A stretch of DNA of 64,000 nt, from positions 25,958,299-26,022,298 of the forward strand of contig NC_134025.1 in assembly GCF_964204645.1 (NCBI RefSeq), in the 5' to 3' direction. Shown here in pieces: positions 39,473 to 53,200 of this stretch (position 1 is the stretch's first letter; the number at the start of each line of letters is the position of its first letter). Both the position numbers and the translations under genes were made by a program. Source of the stretch: Tubulanus polymorphus (Eukaryota; Animalia; Nemertea). The notes beneath the pieces were generated by a model, which saw only the letters and a list, made by a program, of their open reading frames with translations, ran no database searches and was not told the DNA's origin.

Positions 39473-42400
39473 ATGGAACCAGGTGACGATTTAGACTTCG
39501 GAGTCTCAAAAGCACGGGTAATCATCACTTAAAATTCCAGTTTACATTAATTTGATACCTGTCGTAAGTCAGATGTAGGAACGAAAAAGAACTCTTAGTC
39601 TTACCTTACCCTAAAACATAGGCCTAATTCAAATTAGATTTTATTGATATAATTTATTAAGACAACTTTAATCTAGTATTCAGCTGTGTGTCCGTATCGA
39701 GGAATGTAAGTGGTACTGTGTTTATCATTTCTTTAATTTGAAGTCCCTTGTTACCTCGATTTATGTCTGACTGGTCAAATCGGAATGGCCGAGCGAGTAC
39801 GAGGAGGGCCGATGAATGGTGGAAAACCATAGGACATACGTTGATAAATGCTATAGTATAATTGTTTATTTCTATCATCCAACTGTAAAGGATATTAAGG
39901 TAAACGTTGGTACTCTGTGCTTTAAATGGTTTTTTGACTGATTATAGATGTCTAGTCTGAATACCAGTCGTTGTTACGGTTCCCTACAACTTGTTTGAGG
40001 AACAACGGCTAGGTACTAGACTAGGCCTATACGTGCTAGTTAGTGCAATATTCATCGTAGTTAAAACAAGCTGTATGTTAAATATAGATATATCTTATTC
40101 TCCGGAAGTGAAAAGAAATCTTCCATCCATGAAAATACTGATGTGTTTGTAATTTTTTGGCTTATGTCAACATAAACATTTTATCTTTGCTTACGTTCTT
40201 TTTCAAACCAGTCAGATGTCATTGAACTAAGATATTTTAGTGTTAAAAAACATACTTTGTAATATTGATATAGAGCGCTAAGAAAGGTCGCCGAGCAAAA
40301 GCCGATGATGAAAATCCCGAAGCCGATCGACAAAAAACTGCATTCTTCGATGAAGATGACCTTGAAATAGATATTGCGACAGTAAATTCTGTAAGATGAC
40401 TCAGTGAATTGTGTAACCTCTCGATCGCACTAGAGTGATAACCTCTAACACAGTTTTTTTGTTCAATTTCATAGAGATTTTGTACTCTCTATGTCTCCTT
40501 TTTACCTGTAACCGTTACATAGTCTTGCAGTTTCACATATTTACAAAAGCTTCTGAGGGCAAATGTCAAGTGATCGGTTTAGGGTCTGTAGGGTAATGGA
40601 ATATTATCAAGAATATCAAGAAAGCTAGGGAGATTATTTTGAGCTACTTGAATTTACCAGTTGATAAAAATGAAAAAAAATTGAATTAAATCATCAGAAA
40701 ATTGATAGTTAATAGAAAAAGAAGGTAAATTGTGTCTGCAATACTATAAATATGATTACAATTTGTTTTGATGAGAATTCTTAACCTTTCTAACATTTAA
40801 ATACACCATAATTTTGTAACTACTCAAAGAAGGATATTCTTGTTTTGTCGCTATGTCGTATATTGTATTATAAATTTGTAACTTTCGTCTCCTTTACCAG
40901 TTGTTTTTGTTGAAAGTTTCTTTCAGAATATATTTAAAGTCCATGATTTCAGTTTCAGTCTGAATTCACTCCCAACTGTTCACACAATTTTAGCCTTGCT
41001 TAAGTTAACCTCTGTTAAAATATCATAACTAGCTTTTATTTTCTCCAAATCTGTAAGCCCTGCCGGTATGTGACTAAGTAACGCCAAATCAGATCGAAAT
41101 ATCATTCACATTGTGCCTTAAAAACGGTGCAAAAACTATAGACTTGTATTGATTGGTTTGATGATTGTGTTTCAGAGCGCAAAGAAAGGACGTCGAGCTG
41201 GTGGAGGAAGAAGAGACAGAGATGGTGATGACGAACCTGAAGCTTTAAGAGATGTTCGTAATCGAAATTTTTCATCAGTCGATTTATCAGTGCCTTGGAT
41301 GTATATTGATATGTACTTCTATTTTTGTCAGGATGATGCACCACCTAAACCATCAAAAAGAATGGGAGGATGGGGTGAAGATACGAAATCTGCCGGGTAT
41401 GCGAATTTGTTGTTCTACGATATACTAAAGCATTAACGCAAAGCATCTTAAATTATGGAAAACCATAATTTATTTTCAAGGCAATGAGTGCAATATTATC
41501 TATGCATAAGAACTAGGTCTAAATGCCCTGAATATTTGTGTGGATGCAGTTATTTGAAGATGCTTTTTTGAATATTTGCAGGCGAAGGAGAACTGGTATG
41601 GAAGAGCTCGAAGAGTAAGTTGCATAAATATCAGGGAAACTAAAATAACTGTAGACATTCGATACAGTATTAGTTGATACCATTTCCATTACTTACGTTT
41701 TATGTTTCTGTCTTATTTTAGTTATGAAACTGGGTAAATAAGTTCATACGTATCGTATGAAATATGTGGCTTTCATATTTATATATGTAACTTTATAGCC
41801 AAGGCTTTACATATGGCTGAAACCTTTCATTGTCAGCCATCAAACAGATTTCTTCAGTGTTTGATCATTAGGTGGTGGTTAAGTGTATAAATCTTTTCAT
41901 TCATTGTAAAAAATTTGTCAGAAATTTTTAAATGCTGTAATTGCCTCCAAAAATCTGGATCTACTTCAATGTGTACCTGTATGATTTTCCCTTTTGTAAG
42001 AATTTTTTTGGGAAATCTGAAAAGTTTGTACTTGCATTTCAATCATTGAATCTGCCATTTTCTCTTTTCTAGTCATTTATGAATATCTAGATATCGCTCA
42101 CATTCGGTGTATAAATGAGCACATTAAAAATTCAGAAATTCATTGCTTTTATGAGTATATCTTCAGCTTCATGTTTTCGGAATGAACGCTTGCATTTTTC
42201 ACTTATACAAAATAAATGTCAATTTATGTCGAGTAATTCGTAAAACGAGGAGCTTGGGTTATCTAAAGATTATACCGGTATCTATAATTCTGTTGCAGTG
42301 ACCGGTTAAGGCCTAGAAGTCCTTCAGCTTCAGAGGATTCAGATAATGGTAATATAAATTGTTTCATCATGAAATTCTTGTTATTTCATACGCTCTGATA

Positions 42401-43143
42401 AATACAAATGCTGCATATGGAATAATTCTTTACAGATATTCCTGTTATTCCGGATTTGGAGGAGTATCAAGAGGATGACTTGACAACACAAATTGCCCAA
42501 GCCCCTAAGTATGTACCACCTAAATTACAGAAATCACCCAAAAACTGCCAGAGTTTGATAATAGAATTTCCTTGTTTTGTCCCGATGAAAAAATGAATGA
42601 TACGATCATCTTCATTGATCAGTTAACAGTCCTTGCTTGTTAAAGAGATTGTAAATCGATTGCACGACCTGTCTTGCTCTGTGATGATTTTAAAAATGCT
42701 AATAGTGCATTTGTGTATTTATAGTATTGCTGTGAACCGTGTAGCTACCTACAGAGAATTAGATAACGATCTTTTACGGCATGCTGCATTTCTCACATTG
42801 GTAAGGTTCGGGCTGTAACTGAAAGTTCGTTATGAATCAATATTTGTGGATTTTTTTATATTTCGAATGATACTATGCGATGATACTTTGTGTTATAGGA
42901 TAATGAAATAGATCTGAAGGCATTATCGAAATACTTATCGGCTGAGGCTGAAGTAGTGGAGGTTAGTTGAAGTTTGATGAATAAATAGCTACGAATAATT
43001 TCTTTTATCTATAATTAAGATGAGATCGTATTGATAAATTTTAGGAAGATGTTGCATGGGATTGGGATCGATTGTTTACTGAAGTGACATCTGAACTGAC
43101 CACAGAATGGGAAAAATCACAACAGGTCGAACAAGAAACTTAA
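39473..43143 (+). CDS. IFT43: Intraflagellar transport protein 43; exons approx. 39473-39517, 40274-40390, 41176-41253, 41332-41396, 41582-41614, 42299-42348, 42436-42508, 42725-42800, 42899-42961, 43045-43143
   Basis: The spliced product contains SAKKGRRA, GGWG, DIPVIPDLEEYQEDDLTTQIAQAP, RVATYRELDNDL, EIDLKALSKYL and EDVAWDWDRLFTEVTSELTTEW, matching recalled IFT43 motifs. Splice sites are canonical. Confidence 0.93.
39953..40023 (-). mobile_element. 71-bp non-autonomous TIR element (TAGTCT...AGACTA) in IFT43 intron 1
   Basis: Imperfect ~23-bp terminal inverted repeats. Its reverse complement aligns with the element at 57796-58073. Confidence 0.75.
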
Positions 43144-44182
43144 AAGACGTCTCCATCCATTATGATATCAGTTAGTTATTAAAGACCTTTTCATGTGTAC
43201 TACCGGTATCAATAAACATACATGTACATTGAAGGAAGGCTGGGATAGAAAAAGATTAACGCTGCAAATGATGCGTTTGAAGTAATTACACACTACATGT
43301 TGATCAAATGTATAATGTATTTCCATCCATACATTGGCTCTTTTTCATGTTTTAGTTTAAATAAACTTGGTATTTATAGTGTATAAACTTTGTTATCCAT
43401 CTACCGTATGTCCAATCTACAGGATTGATAAGGACGACTTTCAAGGACTATGAAGTCCTTGAAATCAGAGCATGTGCAGGAGCGGACTAAAGCCTAACTC
43501 TGGTCAATCGCACTTATCATGAGATCAGCGATGTTTTTCTCAGAACAGGACATACATACCGAAACAATTAGGTGTGGACAAGAACTACTTTTGACTATTG
43601 CTGGGTGGCTTATGGTATGAGTTCACCGTCATCCATAAAATTTCATGCGCATTGAAATGATAACTGCAAACCTATTCAAGAATTTTTATCCAACTACCAC
43701 CTTCATTCATTAAAAGCATGGAAAAAAGAAGCAAATTATGGTAAAGACATTTTCTATATTTTAGCTTTGACAGAAGTAAATATAACATTTTGTATATACA
43801 AAAACAAACGTACTGGTTTTGAAGCAAAATAAAATCAAGCAGTTTTTGATTGGACGGAATATTAACAACTTGCAAAAGAGTTAAATCATTACTTACAGAA
43901 TTTCACACATTTTGATTCAGAGATGAGGAGACTATCTAGAATCAGTTAATATTTTCATTACAAAATAGAAAACAACAGTATACATAATATATCTATCATG
44001 AAAACATGAATAAATTTAGCAACAGGTTAAATTGGTTACATTGCGGAAATGTTGCTGAAGAATTACTTGTGTACATGTATAATGATTTGGTGTCTAATAC
44101 ACGATGCACAGAAAATATTCGTCATGAATAACGGCAAATAATAATCAGTTATCACAGTTCATATAATTGTAAATCAATTTTT

Positions 44183-46753
44183 TCACACTTGTCCTTGAGA
44201 GTATGTGTCATTCAGTTTATCAAACAAAGGAATAGGTGGTACCAACGTCCTGAAAGGCTGAAACAATTTTTCTGATAAGAAACTTCATAATATGCAAAAA
44301 GAGCACTGAATGCTGAATTCTGTTAGCTATTTACCTTTGTAACAACAGGATCAATTGTCTCTCGGAAATAGTTAGTCCCATACGGCAAATGTCCGTATTG
44401 GGATGAAGTGTGTAGAAGTGGGTCGTATGGAATTTTCTGCTTTGAGAAAGGAAGAAATCTGAAATAAGTATGAGTCAATTGATAAAGAAACTAAATCAAA
44501 GCTGTGTCCATCTGAAAAAAAAAATTTCACTGACGACATCAAAAGCTAACACATGTAAAGTGTAAATTTTACTAAAGTGCTTTTACAAAACGGGTTTCAA
44601 CGAGATATATATGGGTATAACAACATGATATATCTACGGTCAGAGGATATAGTGCATTAAAGGATGTACACGTAGCTTGTGGATTAACAGGAAAAGCAAT
44701 TGTTTTAAAACATACTGAAACTCTTCTTCTTTTGTCATAATGAGTTCGACCATTCTGTCAGGTGTAAATTCAAACAGAGAATGATTAAATAACGTAACGA
44801 CCAGTCTGCACCTAGTAACAGTTATCTCAAATACCGGTAAGTCAAATTCGGTTATTAACTTTCATTGTTATCAGTAAAATATTAATCCATGGAACTAGTT
44901 CCTACTTTAAATGAAGCAATATTCGGATAATTGATACGTACTGATTATCATTGAGTCTATCGACCCATTCTTGTTGCTTTAATTTCTCGCGAGCTTCTTC
45001 AACGCTCGTATAATTAGTAGCAACTCGTAACGATGGCTGGAACGGTTTATATCGTTGATCCTGTACGTCTTTTGGATCGCGGAACGGTCCCTAGAAAACA
45101 TCACAAATTTTTTGTGAATCAACTTGTCCAAATTTTCGTACTACTGGGTAACTGAAGACAGTTTACCTGTTTCTTATCAGGAATAGGAGGAAGTACTTTT
45201 GGTTTGGGTAAGTCGTAACTTTTGCATGTGGGGTCAAATGGCTCAGCGCTAGAAACTTCCTTCGGATGATCCAATGGCTTTGAGTTATGCAATCGTATTT
45301 CCAATTCAGACGGGTACCTAAGGTGATAAGATTAAAATGGGATGACTTTAGAATACAGATTTCCTATCCCATTGTGAAAATACAAGAAATGAATTCTTAA
45401 TTCTGAACTTACATGAGGAATGGTGAATTGTAAATACCAGGGATGACTACAGTGCTCTTGAGGTGGTGATTCTTGCGAGCCCAATTATCTTCTTTTTCTC
45501 TTTGCTTAAGAATCATCTTCTTCTGCAGTTCAGCATTCTGTATATCAGCAAACTCTTGCAACTCAGCTCTGAAAATTTCATAAATTTCAGATTTACTATG
45601 CAATTTTCAGCCTACTCTTTTTGCAATATACTGACTTAGTTTTTCATGTTTTGATTACCTGATGATTTCATTTTTGACTTGTAGACCTTCTAAATAACGC
45701 TTTCTGCTGTAATAGTTGAACATGTATTTCCGTGTATAGAATCCTCTCCAGATTTTTTGAATCTGAAAATTATCATCACAACTATCAATTCATCCATCAA
45801 ATAAAGACTTGAATCAGTTCAGAAATTTCAGTACCCAGCACTTACAATAGTGGCCTGGCTGTTGTAGAAATTGAGTTTCATAATATAGACACTATTCTGC
45901 AAGTTAAAATACAACAAAGAAATAAACAATGCACCAAATATCTCTACGTATTAAACTTGCATCGAATAAATTAGTGTAGTATTGGGTAGTTTATGTATTA
46001 TCAGAGTAATATAGGCCTAGGTCAATAATGTCCATTTCAATTTGACTAGCTCAGTCAGTTTTTGGGGTACATACCACTTGATACCATCTCATTAGAATGG
46101 ATCAAAATATGAAATAGACATTGATTAGGGTGGAGACTTACTCTTAGTAAAATACGGAAGAACCTTCGTCCCAAGAAACCGCGCCATCTTTTTTGAATGG
46201 TTGTTGCACAATTATTCAAGTACCTAAGAAAGATAGATAGCTTATTATTATCTGGAAAAGTAGAGCTATCTATTTCACGCCTCCTCATTGCAGGGCCTCC
46301 GGTAGGCCTCTAAATCTGACTAAAATATAATTGACTGACACTCATTATTGACACTGCACTGGCCACTGCAACTTACTTAAGGTAACATCGGCTTTTAGTT
46401 GCTCTGAACCACGACTGGATTTTTAATGCTGCCCTGAATTCATCATCTCGTTGTGCTTCAGCGTTTCTGTTAAATAAAGACAAAGTAGAGAAACGATGAA
46501 ATCCTATCTGTATTGTAGTAAGTGTAGGCCCTTAGTTTTTGCCATGAAAATAAAATAAAATTGAATTGAAGTTTCAGCTTTCTATGTTTTTACACTGCAT
46601 CTCGAAACAACTCTTATGTTTGATGCGACTGATCTAGAAGCAATTGCTGCAACACAACATATCAATCCCTAATCAGAATTCTTACTTTTTCCTGTCGTAA
46701 GATTCCTGCACAATTCCATCGACGTTTTGTAAAAGTTGAACCATCGTCGCCAT
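44183..46753 (-). CDS. SPATA17: Spermatogenesis-associated protein 17 (IQ-motif ciliary protein), multi-exon
   Basis: MATMVQLLQ start; three IQ motifs (IQSWFRATKSR, IQKRWRGFLGR, IQKIWRGFYTRKYMFNYY); ARKNHHLKSTVVIPGIYNSPF; stop at 44183-44185. Confidence 0.9.
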
Positions 46754-46932
46754 CTTGTTACTTTATCACCAAGGTTTTAATCTCCTAAAAACATCTACTG
46801 AATGCATCAAATATGTAGAAGCCCCTACTTTTGAATTACAGTTATTTAGAAAATTTAGAAAATACGATTCATCCGATAATAATTCGAGGCTATTCTTTTT
46901 ATCAAACGTATATTGTTTATAGACACAACACA

Positions 46933-46955
46933 GTGCGCTTAGCAACATGTAAACA
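46933..46955. promoter_or_regulatory. Candidate RFX X-box-like site next to a forkhead site in the SPATA17/C2orf73 divergent promoter
   Basis: GTGCGCTTAGCAAC (46933-46946) and TGTAAACA (46948-46955) between two head-to-head ciliary genes. These motifs are short, so support is weak. Confidence 0.4.
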
Positions 46956-47287
46956 ACATGGCTGACACCATTTGACAGGTCTAGACGCACCAGTCAGACA
47001 TTTCTTTTTAGAATGATTGTTTATTGCACGATTTCTTTAAGTTAAAATCTCAACGTAAACGTTTTTATTTTATTTTCTACACTTGAGATTCACATATTGT
47101 AAATTATGACAACCTTAAATTACCCCGGAGTTTCGAGAAAGAAAGAGGTTCTTCAAAAATATGCGTAAGTTTTTGTTGAGTTTTGAAAAAATCTACTGAG
47201 TACAATGCATTGTTCCTGCACTGTGTTTCAGCTGTTTGCATTTTCAGCCCAAACACATTCCGTGTGATCAGCGGAGATGCAGAACAA

Positions 47288-48101
47288 ATGAATGGTATTT
47301 TTACATCAAGGTTTCCTGCACAAGCCGCTCGTCTTCCTAACCTGCCATATGGACCAGTCGAAAAAAAGCCAGTCCCTTCTGATGATCGTTGGAACAATCC
47401 GCACCCATTTCACTGCAAATTTTTACGGCAAAATGTTCGTCTAATAAATGAGCCAATATGCACAGTATACACGCATCCAGTTAGACAAGAACAGAATCTA
47501 TGGTGGCCTTCAAGGACATCAAACGAACCATTAAAAGCTCCTCCAGTAACATCCGATTCCACTTATCGAAAAGATTATCATCAATCAAAGAATCTGATCT
47601 CTAATGGGAATGGACGACATGCAGCAAATACTCAGAAACACCCAGCATTAGGAATAGGTAAGTAGAAGATCTTTTATCATTCTATATTCTTGATTAAACT
47701 AATTTTCAAGCACAATATGTTTTTAATTTCAGTTCCAGTCAATAGTTTAATGAAGCCAAACGGTGATGTTCGAGTTCATAAAGAGAAGATTTCTTATGAG
47801 CATAAGTATAACTGTAGACTGGATCCAAACTACCCAATTAGAGCTAAGGTACGTAGGCTCATTAATCTATTCCGTATCTTGGTATTTGTATCGTATTATC
47901 ATAGCCAATTTAACCCTTTTATTATTGCAGAGACATGGTGCATTTGTGTGGAACCAACTGAAACCAGAGTCAGCGAAAAAATACCTCGAAAGTATCAACC
48001 ATCCGACTAACTTAAAAAACACTATAGAATCTGCCCCGGTTGATTCAAAACACTCAGAACCTCTGGCACCGATATCACCTAAACAAGAAACAAGTGAATA
48101 A
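47288..48101 (+). CDS. C2orf73: C2orf73-like ciliary protein; exons ~47288-47657, 47732-47848, 47931-48101 (start codon uncertain)
   Basis: KFLRQNVRLINEP, WW, DSTYRKDY, GIVPV and ISYEHKYNCRLDPNYPIRAKRHGAFV match recalled C2orf73 motifs (GIVP; ISF.HQYD.R..PN.P..GKRHGAFV). Confidence 0.75.
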
Positions 48102-50287
48102 GAATTAACAAATCACGCTGATGCCAAAATTCATGAATATTGGGCCTTAGTCGAAGTGGAGAGGGCTGTCTGCAATGTTGGTCTTGATCAAAGTATTTTA
48201 CATATGTGTGACTGCTAAAAAAGGCGCTTATTTTAATGTTTTATAGTTTAACCTATAAATACTCTTCCAATATTTTAACTGTGATAGGACATAATTGTAA
48301 ATTGATACAATTAGTTTTTTTAGTGATTTTTTACATGTTTCATGTATTAATGAGTATGAAATGCATTTACATGCAATTTCTCAAAAAATAAGGGATAAGT
48401 TTTTTTGTACAGTTCTTTCTGTAATTTCAAAGGTTAAGCATTTCTATTAAGATTTCTGTTTAATCTGAGTGTATGTCTTTAGATTTACCTAATTGATAAA
48501 AACCATATTTCTTGCTCATTGCTGAATATTTTGTGCCTACGAATATAATTTCTTGTGCCTCCTGGTAGTTTGTCGTATAAATCTGTACACTGTACATGTA
48601 TCTTATGAGAAATACCAAAAACTAATCATGAGTAAAATACAAATTCTATACATCTTATATTTGAGTTGTATTCTTCACGGTGCTGTATCCATATTTCAAG
48701 GAGAATAGATTGCAGAGGATCATCATTTTCAACTGGCTTAACCTTGGCTGTTCATAATCCTACGAATTCCCAAAAACTCAAAAAATACAAAAATGCTAAT
48801 TTGCAAATGTTATACTATATTTGAAGTTGAACTATATACTAAGGTATTACAATCTGCACCATCTGTTGAAAAGTCTCTAGACAGGATTTCTGATTTTGTA
48901 TTATATTAGTATTATTGACTTCTGCGTCGAAAAATAACTCAAAAAATGTTTCTAGTTTTTTTCCCTGTTAAACAAGCTTTCTTTTGGCAACTTTTGGCAC
49001 TAAAAACGTATTTGCAAGCCTTCCCAATCTTTCTTAAACTGGTAAACCAATATTTAACAAGGAATATATGTACATTTGTATCCTTAGTAATTTAACAATT
49101 ATCTATATCTACCGGTACATAATATTCTGTGTTCATTGGATACTTAGTACACACATCTAGAAAGTAATTAATAAAACAAATGCTTTTTTAAAGGTTTGAC
49201 CTAATGGCTCTTTCATTACGACCAGATATCACATCAGATTAGAAAATATAACACTGCAAACCCTAGTAATTAATACCTACATGATTTCAGTCAATTAATA
49301 CATGCATGAAAAAAATCGAAAACACATTTAATCTAGAATATAATCATTTAGAATGATGTTGTGCATCAAGAGGTTTTTTCCAGTTAAACAGACATTCTCA
49401 TATAATATAAAGCACATGATGTGATTTCTTTCATTCTATTCAAAGTCATAAGCTCAGAATGTACAAAATATACAGGTGTATGTTTCATGCAAGCTACAAT
49501 AACGCACATCAATATTATTGTTTCGAAGTCTTTTCATATATTTCTTCTGGTTAACATTGTCATGGTTATTTTTGCAATAATAATGAGGGTATGGTGAAGT
49601 AATTTAGCCTCTTCTAAACCTTATAAAATAATAAATGAAGTTGTATAAGGAAACCCGTTTTCGTCGTGAAATATTGAGAATATGGGAATGTTTAATTCCA
49701 TTCCTGAAGATGCAATATTGATGCCTAGATATAAACACACCATAGCGTCCTGAAAATAAGACCACAAAGAGATTGGAAATAATCAGCCTAACCAAGTTTA
49801 CTAATAACAATACTAATATTTGACAAGCACATTATGTGATGATACTGTTATGAATTACGAGCACAGAATATTTTCATAAAATATACATGATGTTCTAAAT
49901 GAATAACTGATAGAATGACTAGCTAGTATTACCACTGACGACACATACCGACAGCTTTACTACAATGACATATGGCTTTATAATGTATGATATGTGCTTA
50001 TCATAATTTGTACACATGGTGTGTTTAATGTAGTGCAGAGTATTCTCGAAATTCATAAATTCTACAACTGATTATTCATAATCATTATCATAATTTAATA
50101 TTGTTTTATATACATTTCTGCTTATAGATTTTAGGTGACAGACACCGCACATTATATATTCATGATTAGATCATACAAGAACATTGATTTGTCTATCTAC
50201 ATAAGTATGTGTAATTTCAGTAAATACATTTTTCTCACAATATCAAACTATCGCTTGAATCTAACATTCTAATAGGAAACAGTTTGA

Positions 50288-53200
50288 TTAAGTGGATGGC
50301 TCTATGTTCATGAGTAAATCGTCTCCTTCCACTTTCGAGCCTGGGGAAACATCTAATGATTTGATTACACCAGATACAGGAGCGTTGACTAACATTTCCA
50401 TTTTCATAGCACTCAGCACGAGTAATGGATCTCCTTGTTCAACTGTATCTCCAAGCTTAACCTGAAATTCACGAATTAGATTATTAATAGAACATTACTT
50501 CATTAACATGACTTAATTTATGGGAATGAAAATAAATTTTGGATATCTTACCTTCAATTCAACAATATTACCAGGCATTGGAGAGCCAACAGATCCTTTC
50601 ACACCTACTAATGCTTTCGGGTGGAAATGCATCTCCTATGATTAGAACATTACAGAATGAGAATTCTGGTACTTAAGAAATATTGAAGGAACAAGAAAAT
50701 ACAATATTAAAGGCAAATACCTTCATAGCTTCCTTATCATTGATCAACACAGAGCGAACTTGTCCATTCAGTTCGAAAAACACTTCCCTCTGACCCAAAG
50801 CGTTCAATTCTTCAGCTACAGCCAATGTCTTAATATGCAGAATTTTTCCCTTCTCAATTTCAACCTAACGCAGTAGTTCAAGAATCACACACTTTAAATC
50901 TATTTCATTCACTTAGATAAAGTTAAATGCATCATGAGTTTTGTTTACCGTGAATGATTCAGCAATTTTGGGACCGACCAGGAAGTGACGAGTTGTCAAC
51001 TTATCGACTGGTCCATATGTATTTCTGAATGTTCTGTAGTCATCGAAAACCTTCGGATAAAGAGCAGAACTAATGACATCCACATCCCTGATGTATCGAC
51101 CATGCGTTTCAATCAAATCAGATTTGCGTTTTTCTAGATCCAATGGTGGCATGGATTCTCCAGGACGCCCAGACACAGTTGGGGCTCCTTTTAGGATCTG
51201 AAAAATATACAAATCATTAAAACGACGATATAACCAAAAGACTATCCCCGATCATCCCTATGATATGAGAAATATGTGTAATGTACTGACCTTTGTTCGT
51301 AGTGGTTCTGGATAGCCGCCGTACGGTTCACCGAGCTGACCTTGCATCAGTTCAACTACAGACATGGGAAATGAAAGCTCTTCTGCACGATCTTCCACCA
51401 TCTGTCCAGTGAGCTTATTCTGGACCATAAATTGTGCCAAATCGCCAACAACTTTAGAAGAAGGAGTCACCTACAAAATGTATACGCAGTTGTCCTACAA
51501 TTCTATTCACAAATTTTCAAAGAACCAACCCCCCAAGAAACTTGTAATCGTATTTTACCTTAATCAAATCACCAAGTAATGCGTTGGCTTCTTTGTACAT
51601 TTTCTTCACTTCTTCAAACTGATCAGCAAGCCCAAGACTATGTGCTTGGAACTGAAGATTTGTGTACTGACCACCTAGAAACAAACAGGGGAACGTTAAG
51701 ACGACCTCGCAGAATACTGCATAATATGGCTTATAAAGCAGACAATATTTTGTACCACTCACCAGGGATCTCATTTTCATAGATATCAGAGTTTCCACTC
51801 TTCAGTGTAGTTGTACATTCAAATGGAGCATAAAGACCCCTTGCTTTTTCCCAGTAGGCAGAATATTCAAATACCTTATCCATAGAAATATCTGCAAGAA
51901 CAAGGTGCACGCTTGTGAAAGCAAATTATTTCAAACATCACTTTTCCATTGTATTCTTAATGTGCATCAAAATACCTGTGGCAAGATCAGTTCCCTGCAG
52001 TGAAGCAATGATTGCACCCATACTCGGCTGAGATGTCATACCAGACATCGAATCAACGGCTGTATCAATGACATCAGCACCAGCTTCAGCACAAGCCAAC
52101 ATTGCAGCCACTCCCGCACCTGCTGTATCGTGAGTATGGACATGTATTGGCATGTCGGGATATTTGTCTCTCAGTGCACCAATTAGCATCTTCGCTGCTC
52201 GAGGTTTTAACAAGCCAGCCATATCCTATACATAGAGCATAAAAATAGTGAAAATAGTGAACGGTTTGATAAACCGAAGGGAAGGAATGAATCCAAATCA
52301 TAAGTAAGTACCTTTATGCAAAGAATGTGAGTTCCAGCTTTTACAAGTTCATCAGCCACTTTCATATAATACTGCAAGTCATATTTCGTCTTTTTCGGAT
52401 CGGAAATATCCCCGGAGTAGGATATAGCGGCTTCAATGACTCCCCCTGTACATGAAAAGGATGTATATCGATGATTTCAGCTGCATGTAAACAATCATGT
52501 ATCAGAATGCTCAATGATACAAACCTGCCTTTCCAACTGCTTCCATACCAACAACAATATTTGGCACGTAGTTAAGTGAATCGAATACACGGAAAATGTC
52601 CATGCCATGTTGAACAGCTAACTCACAGAATCTGGCGAAAAATATTTCAAAATTTTATACATTTTCCCTGTCATGATGTATAATGAATACAAAACCACAT
52701 CTTCATAATTCATAGTTTACCTGAACACCACGTTGTCGGGGTAATTTGTGTAACCTACGGCATTCGCACCTCTCAGTAACATCTGGAACGGGATGTTAGG
52801 TATCTTCTTTCTTAGAGTTTCCAGTCGGTTCCAGGGACATTCGTGCAAGAAACGCATTGCGACGTCGAAAGTAGCACCTACAAATGACCGGCATCAATAT
52901 TTACTGTAGATAGCGATTTTATATAAGTGAATGAATCTAAGAAATTAGAATTTTTCCTACCTCCCCAATTTTCAAGACTGTACAGCCCATTGAAATTGTG
53001 AGCTACAAACGGTGAAATTTCCTTCAGATCGTGAGTACGTACACGAGTAGCTAACAACGACTGATGTGCATCTCGTAATGTCGTGTCCATCAATAATAAA
53101 CCTTTATGTTGCCGTATAGCCTTAGCAAAACCTTCCGGCCCCTCGCGATGTAAGGTATCTCGAAATCCTTTCGGCAAGTCATGAGCTAAACAATAAAAAC

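Noticed and set aside
41058-41065. Possible IFT43 microexon aag|CCCTGCCG|gtatgt
   Set aside because: At 8 nt it would shift the frame, and the acceptor is weak.
43439-43464. 11-bp stem hairpin between the IFT43 and SPATA17 3' ends
   Set aside because: Single occurrence, no TSD, and not a histone stem-loop or SECIS; could be chance.
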